Source of the DNA: a virus | Reading direction: 5' to 3' (one strand) | IMG/VR virus record: IMGVR_UViG_3300027797_000002 | Length of the DNA stretch: 42,064 nt | In this document: one piece after another, positions 16,213 to 23,638 of the stretch | Layout of the letters: every line of letters begins with the position of its first letter | How positions within the stretch are numbered: position 1 is the stretch's first letter | Position numbers and translations under genes: made by a program | Notes under the pieces: generated by a model | Told to the model about the DNA's origin: nothing | What the model saw: the letters and a program-made list of their open reading frames with translations, nothing else | Databases searched by the model: none

Positions 16213-16589
16213 GAAAGGAAGAAAGAGTACAAGCCATAGCATTAAATATATGCTATGAGTACAATCTAAGCATAGAAGTGATAGAATTATTCTTACAACT
16301 GGTAACGATGCCTAAATGGGTAAGTAAGCCAGAAACAGCAATAAGACTATCAATTAAGAAACTTGCAGAGTTTCAACCAGCATATCAAAAAGTATTAATT
16401 GAAAGTGCAATCTCTGGGAATTATCAAGGTTTAATATTCTCGGATTCAAAACAAAAAGAAATAACTTACTTAAAATCAATTAACAATGAGCCAGTTAGTA
16501 AAATATCAAGACTCCAAAGAATTATCGGTAGCGAAGATAATAGAATGCAATTCACTACCAATAGCCTTATTGAAGAAGGAGGATGCTAA
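16209..16589 (+). CDS. Hypothetical replication-module protein
   Basis: 126 aa. 'AISGNYQGLIF' is reminiscent of phage replisome-organiser C-terminal domains (weak). The 3' end overlaps the next ORF by 104 nt. Confidence 0.45.
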   Translation: MRKEERVQAIALNICYEYNLSIEVIELFLQLVTMPKWVSKPETAIRLSIKKLAEFQPAYQKVLIESAISGNYQGLIFSDSKQKEITYLKSINNEPVSKISRLQRIIGSEDNRMQFTTNSLIEEGGC

Positions 16590-17145
16590 AAGCCTTCAAA
16601 TAAACTTATCAGCTTTTATGATTGAGTTTAGTTCTATTTACAAGATAGATGATTCAAAGAACCTAACTGATGAGGAAATTAAGACTTGTGTAAACATTCT
16701 ATTAACAGACTATTATTGGTTAAAGTATGAAGATTTTGCAATGTTTCTAAAGAATGCAAGAATGGGTAAGTATGGTAAGATATATGGCAGTTTTGATACA
16801 CCTACATTCTTTCAAATGTTAGGCCAGTATTGTGATGAAAGAGTAGAGGTAAGCAAAGAGATTAATAGAGTAGCAATGGAGAAGGAATCAAGAAGCCCTA
16901 TAAGCCCAGAAACTCAAGCTTTAATTGATGACTTTAAGAAGCAGTTGCAAGAGAAGAAGGTTAAGAGAATGAACTTTAGTGATGAGATACCAGAGATGCG
17001 AGAGCAACAAAAGCAAATGAATAAGTACATAGCAGAGTTTAAAAAGAAAGTTGGCCATTGTTCTGGCTTCTTAGAGATAAACGGCAAGATGCTTGGGATT
17101 AACGAATACTTAGAATTTAGATACAATGAAGAAAAAGAGCTGTAA
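16486..17145 (+). CDS. Hypothetical replication-module protein
   Basis: 219-aa ORF. The start is uncertain; the alternative is ATG 16618. Confidence 0.5.
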   Translation: MSQLVKYQDSKELSVAKIIECNSLPIALLKKEDAKSLQINLSAFMIEFSSIYKIDDSKNLTDEEIKTCVNILLTDYYWLKYEDFAMFLKNARMGKYGKIYGSFDTPTFFQMLGQYCDERVEVSKEINRVAMEKESRSPISPETQALIDDFKKQLQEKKVKRMNFSDEIPEMREQQKQMNKYIAEFKKKVGHCSGFLEINGKMLGINEYLEFRYNEEKEL

Positions 17146-17632
17146 TAGATGTTTAAAGGAAAAGCCAATCTATGCAAAAGGGTTGTGTAAAACTTGCGAC
17201 ATCATAGAGAATCCACAAAAGTATCTTATAGGCAAGAAGCCTAACAAAGAAAAGAAAGAAAGTAAGGAAACAATAACATCCTTAAAAAAGAAGCTTGACA
17301 CAGTTTTTAGTATTTACTCAAGAAACTTTTATTCTGATTCCTCTGGTAATACAGAATGTTATACTTGTGGCAAAAAAGGTACAGTTAAAACAATGCAATG
17401 TGGGCATTTTCATAGTAGAAGCCATTTATCTGTTCGCTGGGATTTAGATAATGTGAGAAATCAATGTGCTGGATGCAATGTTTTTAAGCACGGAAACTAC
17501 ATAGTTTATACAATGAAGCTTTACAATGAAATAGGGCCATTTGAATTTATGGCTTTAGAGCAAAAAAAGAACAAAGAGTTTAAAGTTACCAAAGAATGGT
17601 TATTAGAGAAGATTGAAGAATTTAGTAAATAA
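17126..17632 (+). CDS. ninG: NinG/Rap-like recombination endonuclease
   Basis: Cys clusters (CNRC..CKTC; CYTCG) and 'CGHFHSRSHLSVRWDLDNVRNQCAGCNVFKHGN' match the NinG family signature. Confidence 0.6.
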   Translation: MKKKSCNRCLKEKPIYAKGLCKTCDIIENPQKYLIGKKPNKEKKESKETITSLKKKLDTVFSIYSRNFYSDSSGNTECYTCGKKGTVKTMQCGHFHSRSHLSVRWDLDNVRNQCAGCNVFKHGNYIVYTMKLYNEIGPFEFMALEQKKNKEFKVTKEWLLEKIEEFSK

Positions 17633-17636
17633 CAAA

Positions 17637-17975
17637 ATGAAAAAACAAACAGAAATGTCAGTAATTAAAGGATTAGCAGTTAGTAATAGAGCACCAAAAA
17701 TTGGTGTAACTAAAGGATTAGGAGTTAGTAATGGAGCACCAAAAATTGGTGTAACTAAAGGATTAGGAGTTAGTAATGGAGCACCAACATCAGCTACAAC
17801 AAACAAAATGAAACGTATTTTAAGAATTTTAGTAGGTATTACATTAGGTATAATCCCAATGTTATTAGCAACGTGGATATGGTTATTTGACAGCAATAAT
17901 GAAACTTGGAGTGAAAGTGTCGGTAAATATACTTGGTATTTAGTTAGTGGAGATTGGGATGAATTACCTGAATAA
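17637..17975 (+). CDS. Repeat-containing membrane protein
   Basis: ATG 17637 preferred over TTG 17613. Contains 2.7 copies of a 15-aa repeat KGLGVSNGAPKIGVT and then a TM segment ILVGITLGIIPMLLATWIWLF. There is an in-frame internal ATG at 17808 with the same 'aacaaaATG' context. Confidence 0.55.
   Translation: MKKQTEMSVIKGLAVSNRAPKIGVTKGLGVSNGAPKIGVTKGLGVSNGAPTSATTNKMKRILRILVGITLGIIPMLLATWIWLFDSNNETWSESVGKYTWYLVSGDWDELPE
17667..17789 (+). repeat. 45-bp tandem repeat, about 2.7 copies
   Basis: Units at 17667-17711, 17712-17756 and 17757-17789 (partial). Unit 1 differs from unit 2 at 2 of 45 positions; unit 2 matches the first 31 nt of the partial unit 3. Confidence 0.9.
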
Positions 17976-17984
17976 AAAAACAAA

Positions 17985-18122
17985 ATGAAAAAAGTATCAG
18001 TAAATGGTAAAATAGGATTCACAACATCCGTAATACCACACAGAAGTGGTAAATATCCAATATGGTTTGAAAAGTCAGACGGGGTAGTATTTGTGCATAG
18101 CAATAAAGTTAAATTCTTATAA
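17985..18122 (+). CDS. Small hypothetical protein (45 aa), not in the track
   Basis: MKKVSVNGKIGFTTSVIPHRSGKYPIWFEKSDGVVFVHSNKVKFL, with an 'aacaaaATG' context. It fills the gap. Confidence 0.45.
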   Translation: MKKVSVNGKIGFTTSVIPHRSGKYPIWFEKSDGVVFVHSNKVKFL

Positions 18123-18131
18123 GTGGACAAA

Positions 18132-18335
18132 ATGGAAAAACAAACAGCAGTTGAGTTTTTAATTGAAAGTGTAATGTCAAGAGGATTATACACTACGGAA
18201 ATGCTTGAAGAATTCCAACAAGCCAAAGAAATGGAGAAGCAACAAATCATCAATTGCTATAATCAATCGTGGCATTTTAGAGATAAGCCATACGAAACAG
18301 CAGAAAAATTCTACAACGAAACATTTGGAAAATAA
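18132..18335 (+). CDS. Hypothetical protein
   Basis: ATG 18132 ('gacaaaATG') preferred over GTG 18123. Confidence 0.6.
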   Translation: MEKQTAVEFLIESVMSRGLYTTEMLEEFQQAKEMEKQQIINCYNQSWHFRDKPYETAEKFYNETFGK

Positions 18336-18450
18336 TTTCTAATTTTAGCCTTATGGTGGAAAAAATAACCCTTAAAAGGGATAATTATATGTGTTTTTGT
18401 GCTTTATATGACCAGTTATTTGTCACGAATATTGCTATAATTGTGACAGA

Positions 18451-18483
18451 AAGTGCATGAAACGTTACTAAAAATTCATACAA
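18451..18483 (+). promoter_or_regulatory. 33-bp element AAGTGCATGAAACGTTACTAAAAATTCATACAA (copy A)
   Basis: 30/33 identical to 24585-24617. It ends 1 nt before ATG 18485. Confidence 0.5.
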
Positions 18484-18484
18484 A

Positions 18485-18925
18485 ATGAACATAGAATATA
18501 ACTGCTATAAAGAAAAAGGAAAGCTAATAGTAAAGAATAGAGATTTACTAAATGCAGAGATTGATACCTTACAAGAGGGGATTGATTATGTTTTATCCAT
18601 CAAGAAGAAGAAAAAGATGCGTTCTAACGGACAAAATAGATATTACTGGGCAATTGTAGTACCTAATGTATTACTTGGCCTTAGAGATGCTGGATTTAAT
18701 GAAATTCGCACAAAAGATGATGCTCACGATATTATCAAAGTTAAGTTCTTAAAGTATGACATCCAGAACATAATTGGAGAGCATATAGAGAGCTTTAAGA
18801 GTACAAGTGAGCTAAGCACCCAAGAGTTTACAGATTTCATAGCAGAGGTACAAATATGGGGAGCAGAGTTCCTTAATATATCTATACCAAGCCCTAACGA
18901 TGATTTAGAAATAGAATTTATTTAA
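18485..18925 (+). CDS. ninB: NinB/Orf-like recombination mediator
   Basis: 'RSNGQNRYYWAIV' and 'STSELSTQEFTDFIAEVQIWGAE' parallel lambda NinB 'RSLDQNRKLWACL' and 'STSRMRVGEFAELLELIQAFGTE'. 146 aa, the same length as lambda NinB. Confidence 0.6.
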   Translation: MNIEYNCYKEKGKLIVKNRDLLNAEIDTLQEGIDYVLSIKKKKKMRSNGQNRYYWAIVVPNVLLGLRDAGFNEIRTKDDAHDIIKVKFLKYDIQNIIGEHIESFKSTSELSTQEFTDFIAEVQIWGAEFLNISIPSPNDDLEIEFI

Positions 18926-18935
18926 AACAAACATT

Positions 18936-19247
18936 ATGAAAGCAAAATTTGTTCAAACAATTTATCATTACAAAAACCATCAAATCATTATTGAACCATT
19001 CTGTAAAACTCTTTGTGGGTGGGCAGTAGAGTTTGAATATGTACATTTATTTAAATGCCATACAGAACTTTGTATGATAGATGATGAATATTTAATGAAT
19101 AAGGGGATTAACCCAAATAGAGAAATTTCTTATTTTACAATAGATGAAACTGAAGAATCAGAAATATATTGTTTTGATGTAGATATGAATAAACCAAAAT
19201 CAATATTAAAGTATTTAATGAACTGTATAGATGAATGGGATGATTAA
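18936..19247 (+). CDS. Hypothetical protein
   Basis: 103-aa ORF. Confidence 0.6.
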   Translation: MKAKFVQTIYHYKNHQIIIEPFCKTLCGWAVEFEYVHLFKCHTELCMIDDEYLMNKGINPNREISYFTIDETEESEIYCFDVDMNKPKSILKYLMNCIDEWDD

Positions 19248-19440
19248 CTTCTACGAGGTAATAATAAGAGTAAATGGCTTTATAACCAGCACCAGAATAA
19301 TAGCTAAAGAAAACCCTACAATACTCGAATACGAAAAGAGGGTAAAGGATTCTTATTATGGAGGCAGAAAAAACTGGAGATTGAAGGATAAGTTTGACAT
19401 TAAAGAATTTATAGTCATTAAACAAAAATTAGGTTTATGA
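19231..19440 (+). CDS. Hypothetical protein
   Basis: 69-aa ORF, ATGA-coupled downstream. Confidence 0.5.
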   Translation: MNGMINFYEVIIRVNGFITSTRIIAKENPTILEYEKRVKDSYYGGRKNWRLKDKFDIKEFIVIKQKLGL

Positions 19441-19919
19441 TTAAGTTAGAAATAACTCCAAAGGAACTACAAAGAGCCAAAGAAATGTATCAGTTTAATG
19501 CTCTTAAAAACTCCGTTACAGAAGGCAATTCTAATATCTATGGGGCAATAGGAGAAGTAATGGTTTTTGATTACTTTAAAGATACATTTGATGTAAAGCT
19601 TGAAAATACATTTGATTATGATTTACTAATCAACGGCAAAAGAATAGAGATAAAGACTAAAAAAGCTTCCAATCTACCAATAAGTGAAGATTATAATGTA
19701 AACATATTTGCTACAAGTATGAAGCAGATGTGCGACTATTACTTCTTTACCATAGTAACAGATGATTTCAAACTATGTTATTTACTTGGTTATTTAAGGA
19801 GGTTTGATTTCTATAAAATTGCTACCTTTGCAAAGAAAGGACAACCAGATGGCCCTAACTTTAATTTTAGAGCAGATAGTTACTCCGTAAAAATAAAAGA
19901 CTTAATAAAATTCCAATGA
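19437..19919 (+). CDS. PD-(D/E)XK-fold nuclease candidate
   Basis: 'GAIGEVMVFDYF ... DYDLLINGKRIEIKTKK' gives an E...D...ExK arrangement. Confidence 0.45.
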   Translation: MIKLEITPKELQRAKEMYQFNALKNSVTEGNSNIYGAIGEVMVFDYFKDTFDVKLENTFDYDLLINGKRIEIKTKKASNLPISEDYNVNIFATSMKQMCDYYFFTIVTDDFKLCYLLGYLRRFDFYKIATFAKKGQPDGPNFNFRADSYSVKIKDLIKFQ

Positions 19920-20290
19920 TGACAATTATATTTTTAATACTCGCAGCGATTTGCAATGCAGTTATGGATGTGCTAAGCACAAGGTACTATGTTTCTATAT
20001 TTGGAAACCTTAAGAATAGACAGTTTTGGGACTGGAATATCAGTTGGAGAAACAAATGGTCTTGGGGCGAAAAAGCCAATGGAGAAAAGTTCTTTCTATC
20101 AAGCTCTATGCTATCATTTATGACCGATGGATGGCATTTAGCTAAGGCTTTGATGATAGTATTCATTTCATCAGCGATAGTCTGTTACAAGCCTTTATTT
20201 GGCTTATTAGACCTAATCTTATTTAATTGTATCTGGGGGATAACCTTTGAGTTGTTTTATAGTAAGCTATTGATTAAAAAAATAGAGTAA
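19916..20290 (+). CDS. Integral membrane protein (about 4 TM)
   Basis: 124 aa with several hydrophobic helices. ATGA-coupled upstream. Confidence 0.6.
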   Translation: MMTIIFLILAAICNAVMDVLSTRYYVSIFGNLKNRQFWDWNISWRNKWSWGEKANGEKFFLSSSMLSFMTDGWHLAKALMIVFISSAIVCYKPLFGLLDLILFNCIWGITFELFYSKLLIKKIE

Positions 20291-20308
20291 AAATTGCTAT
20301 ATTTGGGT

Positions 20309-20422
20309 ATGGCAAAAGCAGTATCAAAAGCAATTAAAGTAAACTTCGGTAAAAGAAAAGGTGGCAAGGCATCTAAGGCGAAGAACAAACAAAAAAAGAA
20401 ATATAACAAACAAGGCAGATAA
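20309..20422 (+). CDS. Possible 37-aa highly basic peptide
   Basis: MAKAVSKAIKVNFGKRKGGKASKAKNKQKKKYNKQGR. Not in the track. Confidence 0.35.
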   Translation: MAKAVSKAIKVNFGKRKGGKASKAKNKQKKKYNKQGR

Positions 20423-20424
20423 TT

Positions 20425-20526
20425 AAAAATTTCTGTCCCATATTCAAAAAACTCTGTGGTTTATCTAAAAAACTACGGAGTATAAAAATATCCAAAAAAC
20501 CTCGTACCCAATTTTGATTAAAAAAA
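20425..20526. repeat. Phased A-tracts with AAAAAACnnnG units
   Basis: A5-A7 runs start at 20425, 20446, 20467, 20484, 20494 and 20520. Spacings are mostly multiples of about 10.5 bp. Confidence 0.6.
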
Positions 20527-20558
20527 CGGGGAGGGCCTATTTTAACCCTAAATTCGAT

Positions 20559-20704
20559 TGCTAAATTCTTTAGCACGATTACTAAAACTTTTAGCAAATG
20601 TACTCAAATTAGTACACTTGACCTAAATTTAGGACATTGCTAATATTTTTAGCAAAATTACTCAAACTTTTAGCATTCAATTAAAATTACTAAAACTTTT
20701 AGCA
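20559..20704. repeat. Cluster of dyads and 19-bp iterons (ATTACTAAAACTTTTAGCA x3)
   Basis: Iterons at 20578-20596, 20657-20675 (1 mismatch) and 20686-20704. Inverted repeats TGCTAAAttcTTTAGCA (20559-20575), GTACTcaaattAGTAC (20600-20615) and TGCTAatattttTAGCA (20638-20654), plus the palindrome CCTAAATTTAGG (20622-20633). Confidence 0.85.
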
Positions 20705-20871
20705 TTTTATTTTATTGGCCATAACCAGAAAATAAATTAATGCAGTTTTTTAGTATTTAATAGTTTAAATTTTGGCTTAAATTGCCTTTTTTGGCTTTAT
20801 TTTAGCTTTCAATTATTCGGCAAAGGTAGTATTAAAATTGATATAAAAGAATAGATTTAAAACTATTTGCT

Positions 20872-20890
20872 ATTTAGAATAATTCTAAAT
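20872..20890. promoter_or_regulatory. 19-bp palindrome ATTTAGAATaATTCTAAAT (operator candidate), copy 3
   Basis: Same dyad arms as 13238-13258. Lies 75 nt upstream of ATG 20965. Confidence 0.5.
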
Positions 20891-20964
20891 TAACATTTTT
20901 TTAAAATGGTATCTATATAAAGCCTATTATTGCAATACCGAATTAAACCCCTCGGCCCAAAACA

Positions 20965-21183
20965 ATGAACAATTTAACCGAATTACAAGCAATTAATTTA
21001 GCTAAACAAACATTATCTAACCCAAATTATTCTGATTTTACAATGTCTTTAATGACTGTAAATGATTCTGAAGATTTTATTTGGGGTTATTTATTTGACT
21101 TAAATTTGCAATATTTAAAGCCTATTAACTACATTAACAATAACGGTTTTAATTGTGTTGTATTAATTTACCAAAATAACTAA
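20965..21183 (+). CDS. Hypothetical protein (accessory island)
   Basis: 72-aa ORF preceded by the AAACCC-type motif. Confidence 0.55.
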   Translation: MNNLTELQAINLAKQTLSNPNYSDFTMSLMTVNDSEDFIWGYLFDLNLQYLKPINYINNNGFNCVVLIYQNN

Positions 21184-21219
21184 TTAAACCAAATATAAAA
21201 CCCTTTAAAACCCTACAAA

Positions 21220-21375
21220 ATGAACAAATTTAAAACACACCCACAAAACAAGTATTCGCAAAAAGAAGTAGAACAAATTGAACAAGTAAACGAAATACTA
21301 AAAGACTTCGCCGCTTTTATTGTTTTAATGCTTACAACCGTTTTGGGCCTTATGTTTCTTTGTACAATTAACTAA
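21220..21375 (+). CDS. Small tail-anchored membrane protein (51 aa), not in the track
   Basis: MNKFKTHPQNKYSQKEVEQIEQVNEILKDFAAFIVLMLTTVLGLMFLCTIN, preceded by 'aaaccctttaaaaccctacaaaATG'. Confidence 0.5.
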   Translation: MNKFKTHPQNKYSQKEVEQIEQVNEILKDFAAFIVLMLTTVLGLMFLCTIN

Positions 21376-21406
21376 ATTAATTTAAACCCTTTAAAACCCC
21401 TTAAAA

Positions 21407-22282
21407 ATGAAAAAAGTATTAAACGCCGACAATGTAGCCCATACATGGGCGAACCAGCAACAAAATGAAGCAAGAACCCCGAACAATAGTTTTTATTTTT
21501 ATAATGATACTATTTATTCCTACGGTTCGCATTTTCCAATTGCTAAGCATATAACAAACAGCAAAGGCGAAACAGCAATTTTGTTTACTACTCGTAGCTA
21601 TTCCAATACAACGAGTAAACATATAGCCGTTGTAAAACGCTCTATTCCTAATATAGAAAATATAATTTACTGCAATAACCCCGAAAATTCGGCAAATGAA
21701 AATATTCTATATTGGAATAGAAAAATAGACTGCATTTATACAAGCTTAGCAAAGGCAAAAAAACCAGAAAAATATCTTTTAGAGCTTAGCCGACTAAAAG
21801 ACTTAATTGAAATATACTGTTCTTTTATGCTTGTGGAAATACCCGAAACAATAAAGCTAAAATTGGAAATAACCAGCAAAGCCGAAATAATAGAAATAGT
21901 CGAAAAAGAAAAAGCAATTAAAGCCGAACAAGAGGCAAAGAAAGCAAAAGAGCAAGAGCAAGAAACAAAGAAACAGCTAAAGAAATTTAGGGCCTTTGAA
22001 CGCTTTAATCTTTATAGCAAATATTCTTATTTACGCTATAATACATTAACTGAAAGAATAGAGACCAGCCAACGAATAGAAATACCCGTAAAATTGGCCC
22101 TTTTGTTTTATAAAGCAATTAAAACAGCATTAAACACTAAGGAATTAAACACCGAAATGTTAGATAATCTTAAAATCTTAGATTATAAAGTAAAGAACCT
22201 CCAAAAGGACTTCATCGAAATAGGGTGTCACAAGATAGAAATAAAAGAAATTAATAAAATTGCTAAAAGCCTTAATTTCTAA
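21407..22282 (+). CDS. Hypothetical protein with conserved N-terminal 'AHTWANQ...YSYGSHFPIA' domain
   Basis: 291 aa. A central K/E coiled coil and a C-terminal 'IEIGCHKIEIKEI' motif. I recall similar N-termini in phage and plasmid accessory genes but cannot name the family. Confidence 0.6.
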   Translation: MKKVLNADNVAHTWANQQQNEARTPNNSFYFYNDTIYSYGSHFPIAKHITNSKGETAILFTTRSYSNTTSKHIAVVKRSIPNIENIIYCNNPENSANENILYWNRKIDCIYTSLAKAKKPEKYLLELSRLKDLIEIYCSFMLVEIPETIKLKLEITSKAEIIEIVEKEKAIKAEQEAKKAKEQEQETKKQLKKFRAFERFNLYSKYSYLRYNTLTERIETSQRIEIPVKLALLFYKAIKTALNTKELNTEMLDNLKILDYKVKNLQKDFIEIGCHKIEIKEINKIAKSLNF

Positions 22283-22285
22283 GAT

Positions 22286-22507
22286 ATGAACCAGAAACAA
22301 AATAAAATAAGAAAAACACTTTTCCACTATCTTAATAGCTCGATATATTTTACAATAGATATACTTAGCCCTTATAAAACGGACAAAGGCGAAAAAGCAT
22401 ATTTTATCAATGATAGCTTTACAGCTTATGAATTAGAAAAAGAGCTTTTGAAAGCTATAAAAGGCGAACACCCTAATATTGAAGCAATAACAGTAAAACA
22501 ATTTTAA
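22286..22507 (+). CDS. Hypothetical protein
   Basis: 73-aa ORF. Confidence 0.55.
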   Translation: MNQKQNKIRKTLFHYLNSSIYFTIDILSPYKTDKGEKAYFINDSFTAYELEKELLKAIKGEHPNIEAITVKQF

Positions 22508-22528
22508 ACCCCTTAACCCCTAAAAAAT

Positions 22529-23185
22529 ATGGAATTATTAGTAACACCAGTTTATGAGCTTAACGAACTAAGCTATACAGCACAAGAAACAGCCTTTAAT
22601 GAATTTTTAAACTCTTTTCAATACGATTATGAAGTAGAGGAAATTAGAGAAACATTAAACGCCTTTTGTAATATATTTGACGTTAATTGGAAAAACTTTG
22701 ATTTTACCCACTATTGCAGCGTTGATTATGTTATAAATTTAGATGAAAATATATTAAACTTAAAAGGGAAACGCCTTATATCTTATATATGGAATAACTA
22801 CTATAGCGACCTATTTAAAGGTAAATATTTAAAATCTAATAGCTTTGAAGCAATACCAGCTATTAAACACAAATACCAGCATTTTAAACAAAGCAAAAGA
22901 AACGAAAAAGTTTTTTATTGGTGCACCTATCGAAGCAATATAAACTTAGAAAATGAAGCAGTATTAACGGGCAATTATTTAGATATGAATATATTAGAAC
23001 CTATTTATCAAATATTAAAGGAATACGACGCAAATACAACATTTGAGGAACTTATGGATAACTGTTTAAATAGCTTCATTAAACAATGCAATAAAGATTA
23101 TGAATATTTTTATTCCTTTGATAACTTCGTTGAAATTAGCGGAATGAATGAATATAGATACAACGAACAAGGTAAACTAATTTAA
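22529..23185 (+). CDS. Hypothetical protein
   Basis: 218 aa, preceded by the AAACCC-type motif. Confidence 0.6.
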   Translation: MELLVTPVYELNELSYTAQETAFNEFLNSFQYDYEVEEIRETLNAFCNIFDVNWKNFDFTHYCSVDYVINLDENILNLKGKRLISYIWNNYYSDLFKGKYLKSNSFEAIPAIKHKYQHFKQSKRNEKVFYWCTYRSNINLENEAVLTGNYLDMNILEPIYQILKEYDANTTFEELMDNCLNSFIKQCNKDYEYFYSFDNFVEISGMNEYRYNEQGKLI

Positions 23186-23204
23186 CCCTATAAAACCCTA
23201 CAAA

Positions 23205-23528
23205 ATGAAAATTAAAACAATAGACATACAAGCCAATGAATATTGGGACAAAGTAAACGGAAACAGCTATTTTAATGCTGATATAAGTATAAATTTCGGG
23301 ATGAATAACCAAACCCAAATACACATACCTTTAGAATATGGGAGCGACTACCAAACAGCTATAAGAAACATACTAAACGAATTAAAGTATATCAATACAG
23401 CCGAACCTCTTTGGTGGTATTGTAGAGAAAACAATATTATACTACGAACCAGCCTAAAAGAAGGCTGTAAGTATAGGGAGCTTATAAGACAAGACAAGGA
23501 AGCAATACACTACTACAACAGTAAATAA
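23205..23528 (+). CDS. Hypothetical protein ('IQANEYWDKVNGNSYFNA' N-terminus)
   Basis: 107 aa, preceded by the AAACCC-type motif. Confidence 0.6.
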   Translation: MKIKTIDIQANEYWDKVNGNSYFNADISINFGMNNQTQIHIPLEYGSDYQTAIRNILNELKYINTAEPLWWYCRENNIILRTSLKEGCKYRELIRQDKEAIHYYNSK

Positions 23529-23544
23529 AACAAACTAAGCTAAG

Positions 23545-23576
23545 AGCCTTGTATTAAGTTACAAGGCTTTTTTTTT
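23545..23576 (+). terminator. Rho-independent terminator
   Basis: 9-bp perfect stem agccttgta / tacaaggct, loop ttaagt, then T9. Confidence 0.85.
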
Positions 23577-23590
23577 ACTTACTTATTAAC

Positions 23591-23598
23591 TACCTTTG
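23591..23598 (+). promoter_or_regulatory. -7 promoter box TACCTTTG
   Basis: Exact TAnnTTTG, ending 40 nt upstream of ATG 23639. Confidence 0.45.
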
Positions 23599-23638
23599 TA
23601 CGATAATTAAACGAATTTAAACGAATTATAAAAGCAAT

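Noticed and set aside
16486-16589. Second programmed frameshift at the 104-nt overlap of 16209-16589 and 16486-17145
   Set aside because: The downstream frame is +1, not -1. I found no slippery heptamer or homopolymer in the overlap. An ordinary overlap or a later start (ATG 16618) explains it.
17603-18253. 216-aa minus-strand ORF
   Set aside because: It spans four separate + strand genes and the 45-bp tandem repeat, and its translation is low-complexity. The + strand genes have consistent start contexts and tight packing.
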